Positions 49,166 to 58,859 of a stretch of 64,000 nt of DNA are shown here, piece after piece (position 1 is the stretch's first letter; each line of letters starts with the position of its first letter). The stretch is from assembly GCA_041641305.1 (NCBI GenBank), contig JBEPYN010000002.1, positions 544,001 through 608,000 on the forward strand, given 5' to 3'. The stretch comes from Nitrososphaerota archaeon (GTDB lineage Archaea; Thermoproteota; Nitrososphaeria_A; Caldarchaeales; Caldarchaeaceae). Made by a program: the position numbers and the translations under genes. The notes beneath the pieces were generated by a model. The model searched no databases. It was not told where the DNA came from and was given only the letters and a program-made list of their open reading frames with translations.

Positions 49166-50056
49166 TTAACGCATACTTGGCAACATTTTTCGACGGATGT
49201 AGGCATCCATTCTCGCGCAGAGTGTAGCGGCCCCGGATGAGCCTGCTTTCTCGAACATTTTGGACGCATCTGTGAGAGCGTGCGTAGTTAAGTGAGCCAC
49301 CCCATGCGAGAGTAGTGCAAGCGCTTCATACAAGTATTCCTGCGCCGCTTCGTTGAACAGGTTTTCTCCAGAATATGCTGCGGCTTGGTGGAAGTGTTCC
49401 AAGCTTTCGGTGAGAAGTATGTCGTCTTTTACAAGGCTTCCCCGGTCTGGGCGTGGCTTGGGATTTACGAGGTCGTCAGCTGTGTTGATGTTGGCGAACT
49501 CGTAGGGATCTGAAGAAAGTTTGAACCCCACCACGAGCAACAACCTGTCAGCGCATCTAAGCATGTCCGAGGCCCTGTAAAGACCTCTCCTCTGAGCAAA
49601 CACTTTTTCGAGATAATGCTTCACCGTGTCGATGGACAACACCTGCACAAGCGTCTCCACCATCCCGTTGCCCCAGACAACAGATAAAGCGGAAGGGCTA
49701 TTATCGAGAAATTGTTCAACCAGTTTCTTGAACGTGGTGGGCTTTATCCTAGGCGTATCGGTTGGGCATGTAACCATCGCATCGGCTCCGAGTCTTTTAG
49801 CCGCCGTCAAAACTCCCGAGAGAGGTCCCGCGGGGAACTCGTCAACGATGTAGCCGCTCACATATGGTTCACAGGCTTTTACCAGCTCTTCACCTCTCCT
49901 GGCATCCTTTACGCTTAGCCAAACCTCGTCAACAGCTTCGTGAAGAGACTTTGCGACATGTCTAACCAAAGGCTCACCGTCGAGGAGGGCAAGAGCCTTA
50001 TCGCCTCCAAACCTTCTCGAAACACCTCCGGATAGAACAACACCGTAAACCCGCAT
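49166..50056 (-). CDS. mobA: Molybdenum cofactor guanylyltransferase with a C-terminal extension
   Basis: LSGGVSRRFGGDKA, GPLSG, PTDTP, NINTADDL. Confidence 0.85.
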   Translation of the reverse strand: MRVYGVVLSGGVSRRFGGDKALALLDGEPLVRHVAKSLHEAVDEVWLSVKDARRGEELVKACEPYVSGYIVDEFPAGPLSGVLTAAKRLGADAMVTCPTDTPRIKPTTFKKLVEQFLDNSPSALSVVWGNGMVETLVQVLSIDTVKHYLEKVFAQRRGLYRASDMLRCADRLLLVVGFKLSSDPYEFANINTADDLVNPKPRPDRGSLVKDDILLTESLEHFHQAAAYSGENLFNEAAQEYLYEALALLSHGVAHLTTHALTDASKMFEKAGSSGAATLCARMDAYIRRKMLPSMR

Positions 50057-50062
50057 GCCTCT

Positions 50063-50587
50063 TCACTTCAAACCTAGAGCCCTCCTCACATGGTTGAAAA
50101 AACTCGGCGAAAACTCCGGCCCATAGACGGGAACATGCAAAACTGGCGGCGAAAAATCTTCTATACGGTAAACAGCTATGATCGGCGGAGAAATCTCTTC
50201 AATCAACCTTAGGTCTTCTTGTTTTCTAACGGTCAATATTTTGTGAACATCTGGAGACTTTCCATAAAGAGCCGCGAACCCCTCATAGACGATGACGTCG
50301 ATTCCCTGTTCTTGGAAAATTTTTCTGAGGAACATGTGGTTCATGGGCTCCTGTGCCTGCCGAGGGATTATTATGGCTGTTTCGTTAGGTGATACACTTG
50401 TAACAATCTTGGCCCCGCTCCGGGCCATACGCCATGTATCCTTGCCCTCTGTGTCGATTGTGAATTCGTGATGAATGTGTTTAACAGCGGCGACACGGTA
50501 CCCAGCAGCCGCCAAGTCTTCGATAATCCTAGTGGCGAGGAGAGTTTTGCCGGTTTTTTTGAACCCCATTATCGCCAGATGTTTCAC
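50063..50587 (-). CDS. mobB: Molybdopterin-guanine dinucleotide biosynthesis protein B
   Basis: GFKKTGKT, VKHIHH, DTEGKDTWR, YEGF. Confidence 0.9.
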   Translation of the reverse strand: MKHLAIMGFKKTGKTLLATRIIEDLAAAGYRVAAVKHIHHEFTIDTEGKDTWRMARSGAKIVTSVSPNETAIIIPRQAQEPMNHMFLRKIFQEQGIDVIVYEGFAALYGKSPDVHKILTVRKQEDLRLIEEISPPIIAVYRIEDFSPPVLHVPVYGPEFSPSFFNHVRRALGLK

Positions 50588-50671
50588 ACAAATTGTTCAC
50601 TGACGGGGGTAATATGCATATCAATATGGTGCGCAAAAGTTATAACACCGCCGCCGAGACGCAGGGCCGGG

Positions 50672-50923
50672 TTGTACGAAGACCTCATCATTTTACTGAT
50701 TGTTTTCACCGCAACCACTATAGCGGCCTTGGTATACATTCTTCTCAAAACATCGCCACGTGCTCCGCCACCACGTCAAACCATAGTGATAAACAGCGCC
50801 GACATCCCGCCGCAAACAGATACACATCTCTCCCCGATAATTTTGCAGACTGAGAAGAATGTTGAGATGCTTGAAAAGGAGGTGGAGAGTGTTCTTGGTG
50901 GAGGCGAAGAAAAGAGCGGCTGA
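50672..50923 (+). CDS. Small single-TM hypothetical protein
   Basis: LIILLIVFTATTIAALVYILL TM followed by a Pro-rich linker; start uncertain. Confidence 0.45.
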   Translation: MYEDLIILLIVFTATTIAALVYILLKTSPRAPPPRQTIVINSADIPPQTDTHLSPIILQTEKNVEMLEKEVESVLGGGEEKSG

Positions 50924-51563
50924 GGCTGCGGTAGAGTTTGTGGAGGACGGGTTCGTGGTGGGGGTGGGCAGCGGCACAACTGTTTCGCTGATTTTGTCAG
51001 CGCTGGCTGCTGCTGGGAAAAGAGTAGTGATTATTCCAGCATCTTGGCAAAGCCGCTTCGAGGCGATTGAGGCGGGGCTAACTGTTTCGAGCTTGGATCA
51101 GCATCCTTTTCCCGATGTCTATCTCGACAGCTTCGACCAGGTGACACGAGAAGGTGTGATGATTAAGGGCGGAGGCGGCGCCATGCTGAGGGAGAAGGTT
51201 CTCGCTTCGGCGTCGAGAAAAAGGGTCTTTCTCGGCGACCAAAGCAAGCTTGTGGAGAAGCTCAGCAGGCCCGTGCCTCTGGAAATCATCCCCTTCGCGT
51301 ACAAGCTTGTGGAAAACAAGCTCAAGGAAAAAGGTGTAAAACTTGTGACGAGGACCTCGCCGGCCAAAAATGGGCCCACCATATCCGACAACGGCAACTT
51401 TCTCGCCGACGCGGACTTTGGCCAAATAGATGAACCAGCTCAGGTGGAAAATTTTCTCAGAAAAATACCAGGCGTTGTCGAGACAGGGATTTTCATAGGC
51501 TACATCGACACGTTGATAATCGCTTACGCCGATGGAATGGTTGAGCGTCTGAATTTTGGTTAA
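50898..51563 (+). CDS. rpiA: Ribose-5-phosphate isomerase A
   Basis: GVGSGTT, DSFDQV, IKGGGGAMLREK, SDNGN, PGVVETG; start uncertain (ORF track 50859). Confidence 0.93.
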   Translation: MEAKKRAAEAAVEFVEDGFVVGVGSGTTVSLILSALAAAGKRVVIIPASWQSRFEAIEAGLTVSSLDQHPFPDVYLDSFDQVTREGVMIKGGGGAMLREKVLASASRKRVFLGDQSKLVEKLSRPVPLEIIPFAYKLVENKLKEKGVKLVTRTSPAKNGPTISDNGNFLADADFGQIDEPAQVENFLRKIPGVVETGIFIGYIDTLIIAYADGMVERLNFG

Positions 51564-51587
51564 AAAGCTTATATAAATCATTCAAGT

Positions 51588-52166
51588 ATGCAAAACATGG
51601 CGGATATAAATCAGGCTAGAATGATTGGCGGTATAGGCTCTATTCTTCTTGTTCTCGCAATCGTGCCGAGTGTCGGACCTGTTCTCAGCATCGTCGGCTT
51701 CATCTTAGTATTGCTGGCGTTGAAGTATGTGGCTGATGCTGTTCAGCAGCGGGCGATTTTTCAGAACGCTTTATACGCTGTTATCGTCGGGATAATAGGT
51801 GCCATTATCGGTATTGTGCTTGGCGGTGCGACGTTTTTCGCGTTTACAGGGTTTGGCTTAGGTCCAGCAGAGTCACCGGCAGACTTTCTCTCGTTGTTGA
51901 CGGGGATTCTCGTGGCAATCGTTGTTGTGTGGATTTTCGCCGTCATCTCAGCATTCTTTTTCAGAAAATCGCTGTATTTAACGGGGGACAGCCTAGGCAT
52001 AAAACTATTCAGAACAAGCGGCCTCCTGCTGTTTCTCGGAGCCATTCTCACAATAATTCTTGTTGGGTTTATTCTATCACTTGTCGCGTACATTCTGCTG
52101 GCCGTGGCCTTTTTCCAAATTCCTCAGACAGGTGCGCAGCCTCCACCGCCTCCACCACCGCCCTAA
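51588..52166 (+). CDS. DUF996 family membrane protein
   Basis: GGIGSIL..IVGFILVL.ALK..AD, F.TSG.LL..GAIL.IILVG; poly-Pro tail. Confidence 0.8.
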   Translation: MQNMADINQARMIGGIGSILLVLAIVPSVGPVLSIVGFILVLLALKYVADAVQQRAIFQNALYAVIVGIIGAIIGIVLGGATFFAFTGFGLGPAESPADFLSLLTGILVAIVVVWIFAVISAFFFRKSLYLTGDSLGIKLFRTSGLLLFLGAILTIILVGFILSLVAYILLAVAFFQIPQTGAQPPPPPPPP

Positions 52167-52900
52167 CCCACTGCGAGATCCTCTAGAGACTTCATAAGTG
52201 AAGAGGCGAACCCTCTATCCTTCACCCAGACAACCACGGGCTCGTCGTCGAGGGGCAGACCTATAATAGCCTCGCCGCCATCAGTAACCAGAATATCCAA
52301 TAGAACAGCCTCGCTGAAATAGACTTTTGCACCGATTTTCTCGAAGAACCAGTAGTCATCTTGATTTGGCTGAACTGAGGGATGCAGTATGAAGGTGAAT
52401 GTTTTGTCCGGAAACCCTGCGACAACTTTCTTAAACTCCTCCTTAAGTTTAGCCGCTTTCTTGACCGCGAAAATGAACTTGTTACCCGTATAGACCATTT
52501 CACTAAGCTTAACCAAAACTGGCTGAAGCCCCTTCAGTATAGAGGCATGCGCCTCGACATCTTCTCGTCTCCGGAGCCTCGAGACAACTGGAACAAGTTG
52601 CTCAATCATCCTCTTTTTCTCCATCATCTGCGACTCCTGACTCGTCCGCTCCCTCTCAAGCCACATGGTGAAGGCGGAGACTGGGTCGGAAACTCCGTAG
52701 CCGTTGCTGGTCTTAGTCAAAAACCCGTTCTCATACAAACTCGATAGAACATCGTAAACACGTGTAATTGGGATTTTTGATCTGCGGGCTATGTCGGCTG
52801 GCCTGCTGTATCCCTTCAATACAGCGACATAGGCCCTCGCCTGATACTTATTGAAGCCGAAAACCTTTTGCAGCGTCTCCGCCAGCTCGTTTTCCTCCAC
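52163..52900 (-). CDS. TrmB family transcriptional regulator
   Basis: GFNKYQARAY, SKIPITRVYDVLSSL wHTH; PLD-like C-terminus. Confidence 0.88.
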   Translation of the reverse strand: MEENELAETLQKVFGFNKYQARAYVAVLKGYSRPADIARRSKIPITRVYDVLSSLYENGFLTKTSNGYGVSDPVSAFTMWLERERTSQESQMMEKKRMIEQLVPVVSRLRRREDVEAHASILKGLQPVLVKLSEMVYTGNKFIFAVKKAAKLKEEFKKVVAGFPDKTFTFILHPSVQPNQDDYWFFEKIGAKVYFSEAVLLDILVTDGGEAIIGLPLDDEPVVVWVKDRGFASSLMKSLEDLAVG

Positions 52901-52955
52901 GCAGCATGTTATGAGAGCAACCGTTTAAATTTGTCCACAGCATCTATCAGGGAGG

Positions 52956-53660
52956 ATGCAGAAACGGGAGTATGGACTAGGCCCAGATTGGTGGCCTGTT
53001 ATGAGGTCTTTGGAGAAGCTGGCCCCCGTGTATGATAGGTTGAACAAAACAATTTCTTTCAACACGGATGTGGGGCTTAGGGTTGAGTGTCTCGAGGGCA
53101 ACGTGGGTGTGGTGGATAGGGTGCTTAACGCGGGGTCTGGGCCCGGTGTCTTCACCGAGATTTTGCTCGAGACGCAGAAGTGGCAGGGTGACGCGGTCTT
53201 GCTCGACCCCCTGCCCACCATGCATATGCTTGCCCGAGAGAAGGTGCCTCATAACATATCGCATCAGGTGGCTGGGGTTTTTGAGCGGATGCCCTTTAGA
53301 GAAGATGTGTTCGACACTGTTTTGATGGGTTTCTCGCTGCGAGACGCGTCCAACATGGCCAAAGCTCTTTCCGAGATCCGGAAAATATTGAGAAAAGGTG
53401 GCCGACTGCTCGTCGTTGACCTCGGCAAGCCGGCTAACATTTTGAAAAGATTCGCGATAGGCGTTTACTGGGCTTTGGTGGCCCCTGTCCTGGCCTCGTT
53501 TAAGCTGGGGAAAACAGGGTTAGAGGCCGCCGCAATCTACAGAACCTACCGGCGGCTCCCGACAAATACGGAGCTAAAATCCCTGCTTAAGATGTTCTTC
53601 GAAACAGTTGAGGTTAGGGAGAAAATTCTCGGCGGTGTGGTGGTCGTTAGGGCCGGCTGA
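52956..53660 (+). CDS. Class I SAM-dependent methyltransferase (UbiE/MenG-like)
   Basis: YDRLN..ISF, VLNAGSGPG, MPFREDVFD, FSLRD, GGRLLVVDLGKP. Confidence 0.85.
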   Translation: MQKREYGLGPDWWPVMRSLEKLAPVYDRLNKTISFNTDVGLRVECLEGNVGVVDRVLNAGSGPGVFTEILLETQKWQGDAVLLDPLPTMHMLAREKVPHNISHQVAGVFERMPFREDVFDTVLMGFSLRDASNMAKALSEIRKILRKGGRLLVVDLGKPANILKRFAIGVYWALVAPVLASFKLGKTGLEAAAIYRTYRRLPTNTELKSLLKMFFETVEVREKILGGVVVVRAG

Positions 53661-53698
53661 AAACATTATTAAACCCTCGGGCCCACTTTATCCAGATA

Positions 53699-55162
53699 AT
53701 GGAGAGCACCGACCTGGAGAAATCGCTGTTCCCAACTGGCCATCAGGTATTCGACCGAATAGTTTACTTCAGACACGGTATGACCGTGCTTGTCACCGAC
53801 GAGACCTTCAGCGAAGCAAAAACATTCCTACGCACGCTTCTGAAGAATCATCAACAATCGCTTATAGAGCTTGTGTCAACCCGCTACCCCCAAACAGATC
53901 CCAAACAGGTTCCAGTACCGATAGAGGCGCTGCAAGACCTATCGATAAACGTGAACCAGAAAAGGAGAGCCGAGAAAAACCGGATATTCATTCACAGCTA
54001 TCTCCCAGAGCTGCTCATCCGCCACAACGGCGACGAGGTGCTCAAGCTTTTAGAGATGTGGCAAAAAGACGTCGCCAACTCCGGAAACCTTGAGTTCTAT
54101 CTCCTTCCACGCAACACCTTCGCAGACTTCGAGAGAAAAGCCAAAGCAATCGTCGACGCCGCAATAGAGATTCAGGTCATTAAAGAAAACAACCAGTTCC
54201 TCTACTACTTCACACCCATTAGATCATGCTCACCAGCCCACCACCTGAAAAACATACGATACGAAATCAAAGAAGACCAACTACTAATAGAATGGGAGGG
54301 GGTTATGTTAGAAACATTCACAACGGAACAGCTAACAAGCAAACAAATCAGAGAAAAGATTGAAACACATGAAGACCAGATAATCATAACATTGGGAAAA
54401 TTCGACCCTAAAAACTTCTCGGTAGAAGACTATGTCTTACTAACATCGCTTAACGGGGAACGCCTTTCAGACTTTAAATTACTCTACCCTGACAGATGGG
54501 ATGAGATTCTAGATAAGATAACATTCTGGACTTTAACAGGTGTCATAAAAATGGAGGAAACCCACCCGGTTAAGAGTCACAAGATACGTAACAGGTTAAA
54601 ATTCAAGAGCAAACTACTGTTAAAAGTTCCACCGAGAATTGGCTTAAAACTAGTATCGTTGTTCGAAGGCGTCCTAGGGAAGAGGCTGAGAACAGTTCCT
54701 CTTGATGCTCATTTGGCTGTATTAGATGCTGTTAAGAACATTGTTGACGTGGTTTCCGCAGAAAGGCCTGAACTAAGAAGAGAGGCTCAACTTGCAACAA
54801 GGTATTTTGGAGAATTATCAGCTAGGAGAACGGCATTAGAACATGTTATAAGGCTCGAAGGTACACCCTATACCGTTTTTAACCTCGAAGATGTACCGAG
54901 TTTAATTGCGCTCACATTAAAGATTGGATGGGGATTAGACACAAAATTCATCTCTACAACTAAAGGAAGTTGGCTCTTTGAGATAACTAAATGTCATCTA
55001 TGTGAAGGCATAATAGATAAAGAGCCATTTTGTGACAAATTTGTTTCAAGCGTAGTGGTAGGAGCTCTGTCAGTCTGTTTAAAGAGACGTTTTGAATGCT
55101 TCGAAGTCACCTGTAGGGCCGCAGGGTCCGATAAATGCCGTTTCAAAACATTCACTGTTTGA
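53699..55162 (+). CDS. Inactive KaiC/RAD55-like domain fused to a C-terminal V4R domain
   Basis: FPTGHQVFD, degenerate Walker A (DETFSEAKT) and B (IFIHS), IVDAAIEI; V4R CHLC..PFC..G.L..E..CRAAGSDKCRF. Confidence 0.75.
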   Translation: MESTDLEKSLFPTGHQVFDRIVYFRHGMTVLVTDETFSEAKTFLRTLLKNHQQSLIELVSTRYPQTDPKQVPVPIEALQDLSINVNQKRRAEKNRIFIHSYLPELLIRHNGDEVLKLLEMWQKDVANSGNLEFYLLPRNTFADFERKAKAIVDAAIEIQVIKENNQFLYYFTPIRSCSPAHHLKNIRYEIKEDQLLIEWEGVMLETFTTEQLTSKQIREKIETHEDQIIITLGKFDPKNFSVEDYVLLTSLNGERLSDFKLLYPDRWDEILDKITFWTLTGVIKMEETHPVKSHKIRNRLKFKSKLLLKVPPRIGLKLVSLFEGVLGKRLRTVPLDAHLAVLDAVKNIVDVVSAERPELRREAQLATRYFGELSARRTALEHVIRLEGTPYTVFNLEDVPSLIALTLKIGWGLDTKFISTTKGSWLFEITKCHLCEGIIDKEPFCDKFVSSVVVGALSVCLKRRFECFEVTCRAAGSDKCRFKTFTV

Positions 55163-55179
55163 AGAAAAACTTTACAGCT

Positions 55180-56025
55180 ATGAACCATAATACAATCCGA
55201 AAAATTAAGGGGTTTGTGGCCTTGTCCAAGTCGTATTTCTCCCTCCTAACCTCCACGTTTATGGCCTCAATTACTGTCCTGCTTGTTGCAAATCCTCATC
55301 CCTCACAATTCATTAACATTGTGTTGTTCTTCTTTTTATCGACATTTTTTCTGAACAGCTATAACAACTTAGCGGACATCAATTCGGATATCTTGACTAA
55401 AGAAAATTTTCCTTTGACGAAGGGAGTTATTTCACCTAGGGAAGCTGCGATATTTTCTGCATTAGTTTTTCTAACCGCCACACTCGCGCTAATTCCGTTA
55501 ATGATGCAGAATTTATTGGTATTTTTTGTTCTTTCACTCGACCTACTCCTAGGATATGTATATTCAGTGCCAAAGATTAGGTTGAAAAAGTATCCAATAA
55601 TAAAGGGCTCTGCCCTGATAACGCATACGGTTTTCTTCCCCGTATTGGCCGGCACCTTTTTGACTGGAAAGGATGTTTTCGATTATTGCGCGATAATGGT
55701 TCCCATCTATTTCATGGGGCTAGCTGTTCACACAGTTCAGGATATAGGTGATGTCCGCGGTGACTTGGCAGTGGGCGATAAAACTTTGCCATTGATACTA
55801 GGTCTCAGGAAGTCTGTCTGGTTAGTATTAGCTCTAATAACAATTGCCGCTTTATACTCATGGATACTAGTTGACACCGAATACTTGATCATAATCATGC
55901 CGCTGTTTCTCGTTCAAGGTCTTCTGTTCAGCATACTGCTCCAAAAGCCAAACCTATGGGAAAGGGTTTACAAGGGTTCAGCCCTTATTTCACTTATTGT
56001 ACTAGTCTTGTTTTTAGTTAGATGA
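55180..56025 (+). CDS. UbiA family prenyltransferase
   Basis: NNLADINSD, FPLTKG, YSVPKIRLK, QDIGDVRGD..G.KTLP; multi-TM. Confidence 0.88.
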   Translation: MNHNTIRKIKGFVALSKSYFSLLTSTFMASITVLLVANPHPSQFINIVLFFFLSTFFLNSYNNLADINSDILTKENFPLTKGVISPREAAIFSALVFLTATLALIPLMMQNLLVFFVLSLDLLLGYVYSVPKIRLKKYPIIKGSALITHTVFFPVLAGTFLTGKDVFDYCAIMVPIYFMGLAVHTVQDIGDVRGDLAVGDKTLPLILGLRKSVWLVLALITIAALYSWILVDTEYLIIIMPLFLVQGLLFSILLQKPNLWERVYKGSALISLIVLVLFLVR

Positions 56026-57178
56026 TGTCTGAATAATGCAAAATCTTATCAGAGCAGCGTGGATACAAGAAGTCAACGAAATTTACTGGGTTCTTCGACT
56101 GGTAAAACCATTTGCGAACAGAAAAGATTCTGAGAACATTCATGCTCGCTATTAGACTGTCCACATCGAAGTCAATACATTTTGAGGCTTTTTTCATAAA
56201 TTTAATCCCTTTCAGATAATAAAGGTCGCCGAGCCTAATCGTCTGACTTTTGATGAAACCATTTTTTAGTGATTCTTTCGCATCTGCCATCAACCCTAAG
56301 TCACGTCCCAGATAGACAACGCTGTTAAGTATACCTAGTTCGATGTCAACCTTTAGGTCTGCGACATCATCATATAGATTGGCTGCTTTCAGTACGTAGT
56401 CGAACCCTTTTCTCAAGTAATCAAACCCCTCAATTTCGCGTGGTGTTCTAATGCATAAGTTCTCTAACATACATAGGTCGAGTCCCACCCAGATTCTTCC
56501 CACGCCTTTCTCATTCATCTCTCTAAGATAGTCGCGGATTGTCAGGTTTTCACGCGCAAGTTGGTTTTGCTGTCTAAATGATGCTTTTTGGCCGGAAAAA
56601 TAGAGGTCAAGGTCTCTTAGAAATTCTATGCTCGACATCGTTGCAGGATTTGGAAGTGATTGGAGCCATTTGTTGACGAGGAGTGCCAGTAATATACATG
56701 AGTTTTCAGCTCGTTTTACGATGTCGTTGTTTCCAGCTGATATGTATATGCCTTCTTCGATGGCTTTTTTCTGTCTATGGAGCGAGTGCTCAGCCTCTTC
56801 GGTTGTGTGAAAGGTGTCGTTGATGTTGTCGAGGACTTTTATGCTGAGAATTAGCGCCATCTTGGCGAGAACTGTTGAGAGAATTTGTGTTCTCGTAGCT
56901 TTTTTGTGAAGAAGCGGGTAGGCTGAGATGGTTGCCATGTATGACGAGTACGGCAAATACTTCTCTTTCATGACGCCGAGGTTCATCATTTCCTCGAGGC
57001 TTGCCGTCTCCTCTCCTCCTAGGATGTTTTCCATGGTTTTGCGGAAGTAGTTGGATGTTTCCCGTATGATGCAAAGCATCTGCGACAGGTTTTTCCTGTT
57101 GCCCGCTATGTATCGTAGCATCAACAGGCCCGCGGCTTTTGTAAAGTGGTCTAACCCCTCCCCCCTATTCTGATTCAT
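56018..57178 (-). CDS. Class I isoprenoid synthase/terpene cyclase-fold protein
   Basis: Asp-rich motifs KVLDNIND and NLYDDVADLKVD..LGILN; GQ..S and EKG helix motifs; all-helical. Confidence 0.65.
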   Translation of the reverse strand: MNQNRGEGLDHFTKAAGLLMLRYIAGNRKNLSQMLCIIRETSNYFRKTMENILGGEETASLEEMMNLGVMKEKYLPYSSYMATISAYPLLHKKATRTQILSTVLAKMALILSIKVLDNINDTFHTTEEAEHSLHRQKKAIEEGIYISAGNNDIVKRAENSCILLALLVNKWLQSLPNPATMSSIEFLRDLDLYFSGQKASFRQQNQLARENLTIRDYLREMNEKGVGRIWVGLDLCMLENLCIRTPREIEGFDYLRKGFDYVLKAANLYDDVADLKVDIELGILNSVVYLGRDLGLMADAKESLKNGFIKSQTIRLGDLYYLKGIKFMKKASKCIDFDVDSLIASMNVLRIFSVRKWFYQSKNPVNFVDFLYPRCSDKILHYSDII

Positions 57179-57210
57179 GTTAAAATTATTTTGACGCTGG
57201 AAAATAAGGT

Positions 57211-57945
57211 TTAGATAACTTTCTCGGTGGGGTAAACCTCCAAGCCGCCAATCACGAATTTATAGGGATGAGGCTCTACGTCGTGGTCCACTCCCCTCAT
57301 TTTCTCGACTTGAATCGAGCTTGCAACGGTTGCATTCTTAAGATATTTTCTCAGAATTATTACACCGTCCGCCAAATACTCTTCGAACTGATAGGGTCTC
57401 TCGGCTCCGCTGTAACGTAGCTCTGTCAGCAGGAGGGTGGTGCACCTTAACGGCGTTATCCCCTCTAAAAGCTCCAGAAAAGCCGCCCGCCTCTCCGCAA
57501 CCCGTGGATACTGTATGAAGAAGGATGTTAGAGAGTCGATGACAAGTCTTTTCGCGTTGATGTTTCTTACATGGTTTCCGACGGCCGCTATCAAGGCCGC
57601 GAGGGAGAAATCTTTTTTACCGATGGATATGCCGCCGAGCTTTATCTCACCCGGTATCGTTCTAATCGGAGATGCGTCGACTATCGATAATCTGCCTTCT
57701 TTTATAAAAGGCTCAAGGTCTATGCCCAGGTTTGCCACGTTACGGAGAACGCTTTCAGGCCTCTCATCGAGAGTCACGTATATGCCGTTCTCTCCTTTTA
57801 GGCATCCGTGGTACAGGTACTGGAGGCCGAGGGTGGTTTTCCCGGAGCCGGGGGAGCCCATGACCACGATGTTAAACCCGGCGGGAAACCCCTTATTCCC
57901 CAAGAGAACGTCAAGGCCGCTGACGCCCGTGCTTATATACTCCAT
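57211..57945 (-). CDS. KaiC/RAD55 family ATPase (single domain, intact motifs)
   Basis: ISTGVSGLD, GSPGSGKT, LVIDS, EEYLADGVI, VEKMRG. Confidence 0.92.
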   Translation of the reverse strand: MEYISTGVSGLDVLLGNKGFPAGFNIVVMGSPGSGKTTLGLQYLYHGCLKGENGIYVTLDERPESVLRNVANLGIDLEPFIKEGRLSIVDASPIRTIPGEIKLGGISIGKKDFSLAALIAAVGNHVRNINAKRLVIDSLTSFFIQYPRVAERRAAFLELLEGITPLRCTTLLLTELRYSGAERPYQFEEYLADGVIILRKYLKNATVASSIQVEKMRGVDHDVEPHPYKFVIGGLEVYPTEKVI

Positions 57946-58031
57946 TCTTTCTCCATCAATCACGCATAAATTGAATGTAAGAATGATATAAAATTTTGAA
58001 GAACTCTTTTTACCGGCAGTAGGGAGGTTCC

Positions 58032-58856
58032 TTGGGTTTGCGGAGGTACTTGGTGGCCGTTTTACCGGTTTTGACGACTTTGGTTTTTGCTATGGTTTTT
58101 CAGTCGCTGTTGAGTGGTGTGATGTTGCCTCAGCCTCCGCTGGCGCCGTTGCAGGAAGAGGATGAGGATGTGGCTGTTCTAGGGTCTCCCACACCCTATC
58201 TAAACAGCCTGATTGTGATAGCGGTTATTTTTTTGGGCAGCCTCGCTATGCTCTGGCTTATACGATACCGCAGAGCCCTCGCAGTCATCGTGTCGGTGGT
58301 GCTTTTCGCCACCGCGGCTTCTGTCACTTTCCTTTTCCTGTTTATTTCGACCAGTCTGGGAGAGGATGTGTTGTTGGGTGTCTCGGTGATGGTGGGCGGG
58401 CTGGTTTTGGCGGGAGTGTTTTCGAGGCGTGAAGTGTTTAACGTGTTGGCTGCGGCTTATGTGGCTTCAGCGAGCGGCGTGATTTTCGGAATTTCCCTGC
58501 CTTTCTGGACATCGCTTGTCCTGCTTGGAGCAGTTGCGGTTTACGACGTGGTCGCGGTTTTCAGGGGCCATTTGAAGAGGCTGGGAAACATGGATATGGG
58601 GGAGCTGAGAGGACTGGTTGTTACTGTCGAGGGCCTCAGCATAGGGTTGGGCGACCTCTTCTTCTACTCCGTTGCCCAGAGCTTCGCGGCAAGCAACCTC
58701 GGTTGGATGTCGGGGATGGCAGCCTCCGCAGGCCTCATAGCCGGATACCTCTTAACCATCAAGCTTGCGGAAACGAGGCCTGTCTTTCCCGGGCTGCCGC
58801 TCACTCTGCTGGTTGCGATGGTCTGCGCTTTTCTCATCACTCTCATACCACTGTGA
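58032..58856 (+). CDS. Presenilin/signal peptide peptidase family (GxGD) intramembrane aspartyl protease
   Basis: VYDVVAVF (YD), IGLGDL (GxGD), PGLP (PAL-like); multi-TM. Confidence 0.88.
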   Translation: MGLRRYLVAVLPVLTTLVFAMVFQSLLSGVMLPQPPLAPLQEEDEDVAVLGSPTPYLNSLIVIAVIFLGSLAMLWLIRYRRALAVIVSVVLFATAASVTFLFLFISTSLGEDVLLGVSVMVGGLVLAGVFSRREVFNVLAAAYVASASGVIFGISLPFWTSLVLLGAVAVYDVVAVFRGHLKRLGNMDMGELRGLVVTVEGLSIGLGDLFFYSVAQSFAASNLGWMSGMAASAGLIAGYLLTIKLAETRPVFPGLPLTLLVAMVCAFLITLIPL

Positions 58857-58859
58857 AAG

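Noticed and set aside
49141-49269. Cys-containing N-terminal extension of EF-1beta
   Set aside because: Overlaps the mobA 3' end; homology begins at MGKV (ATG 49140)
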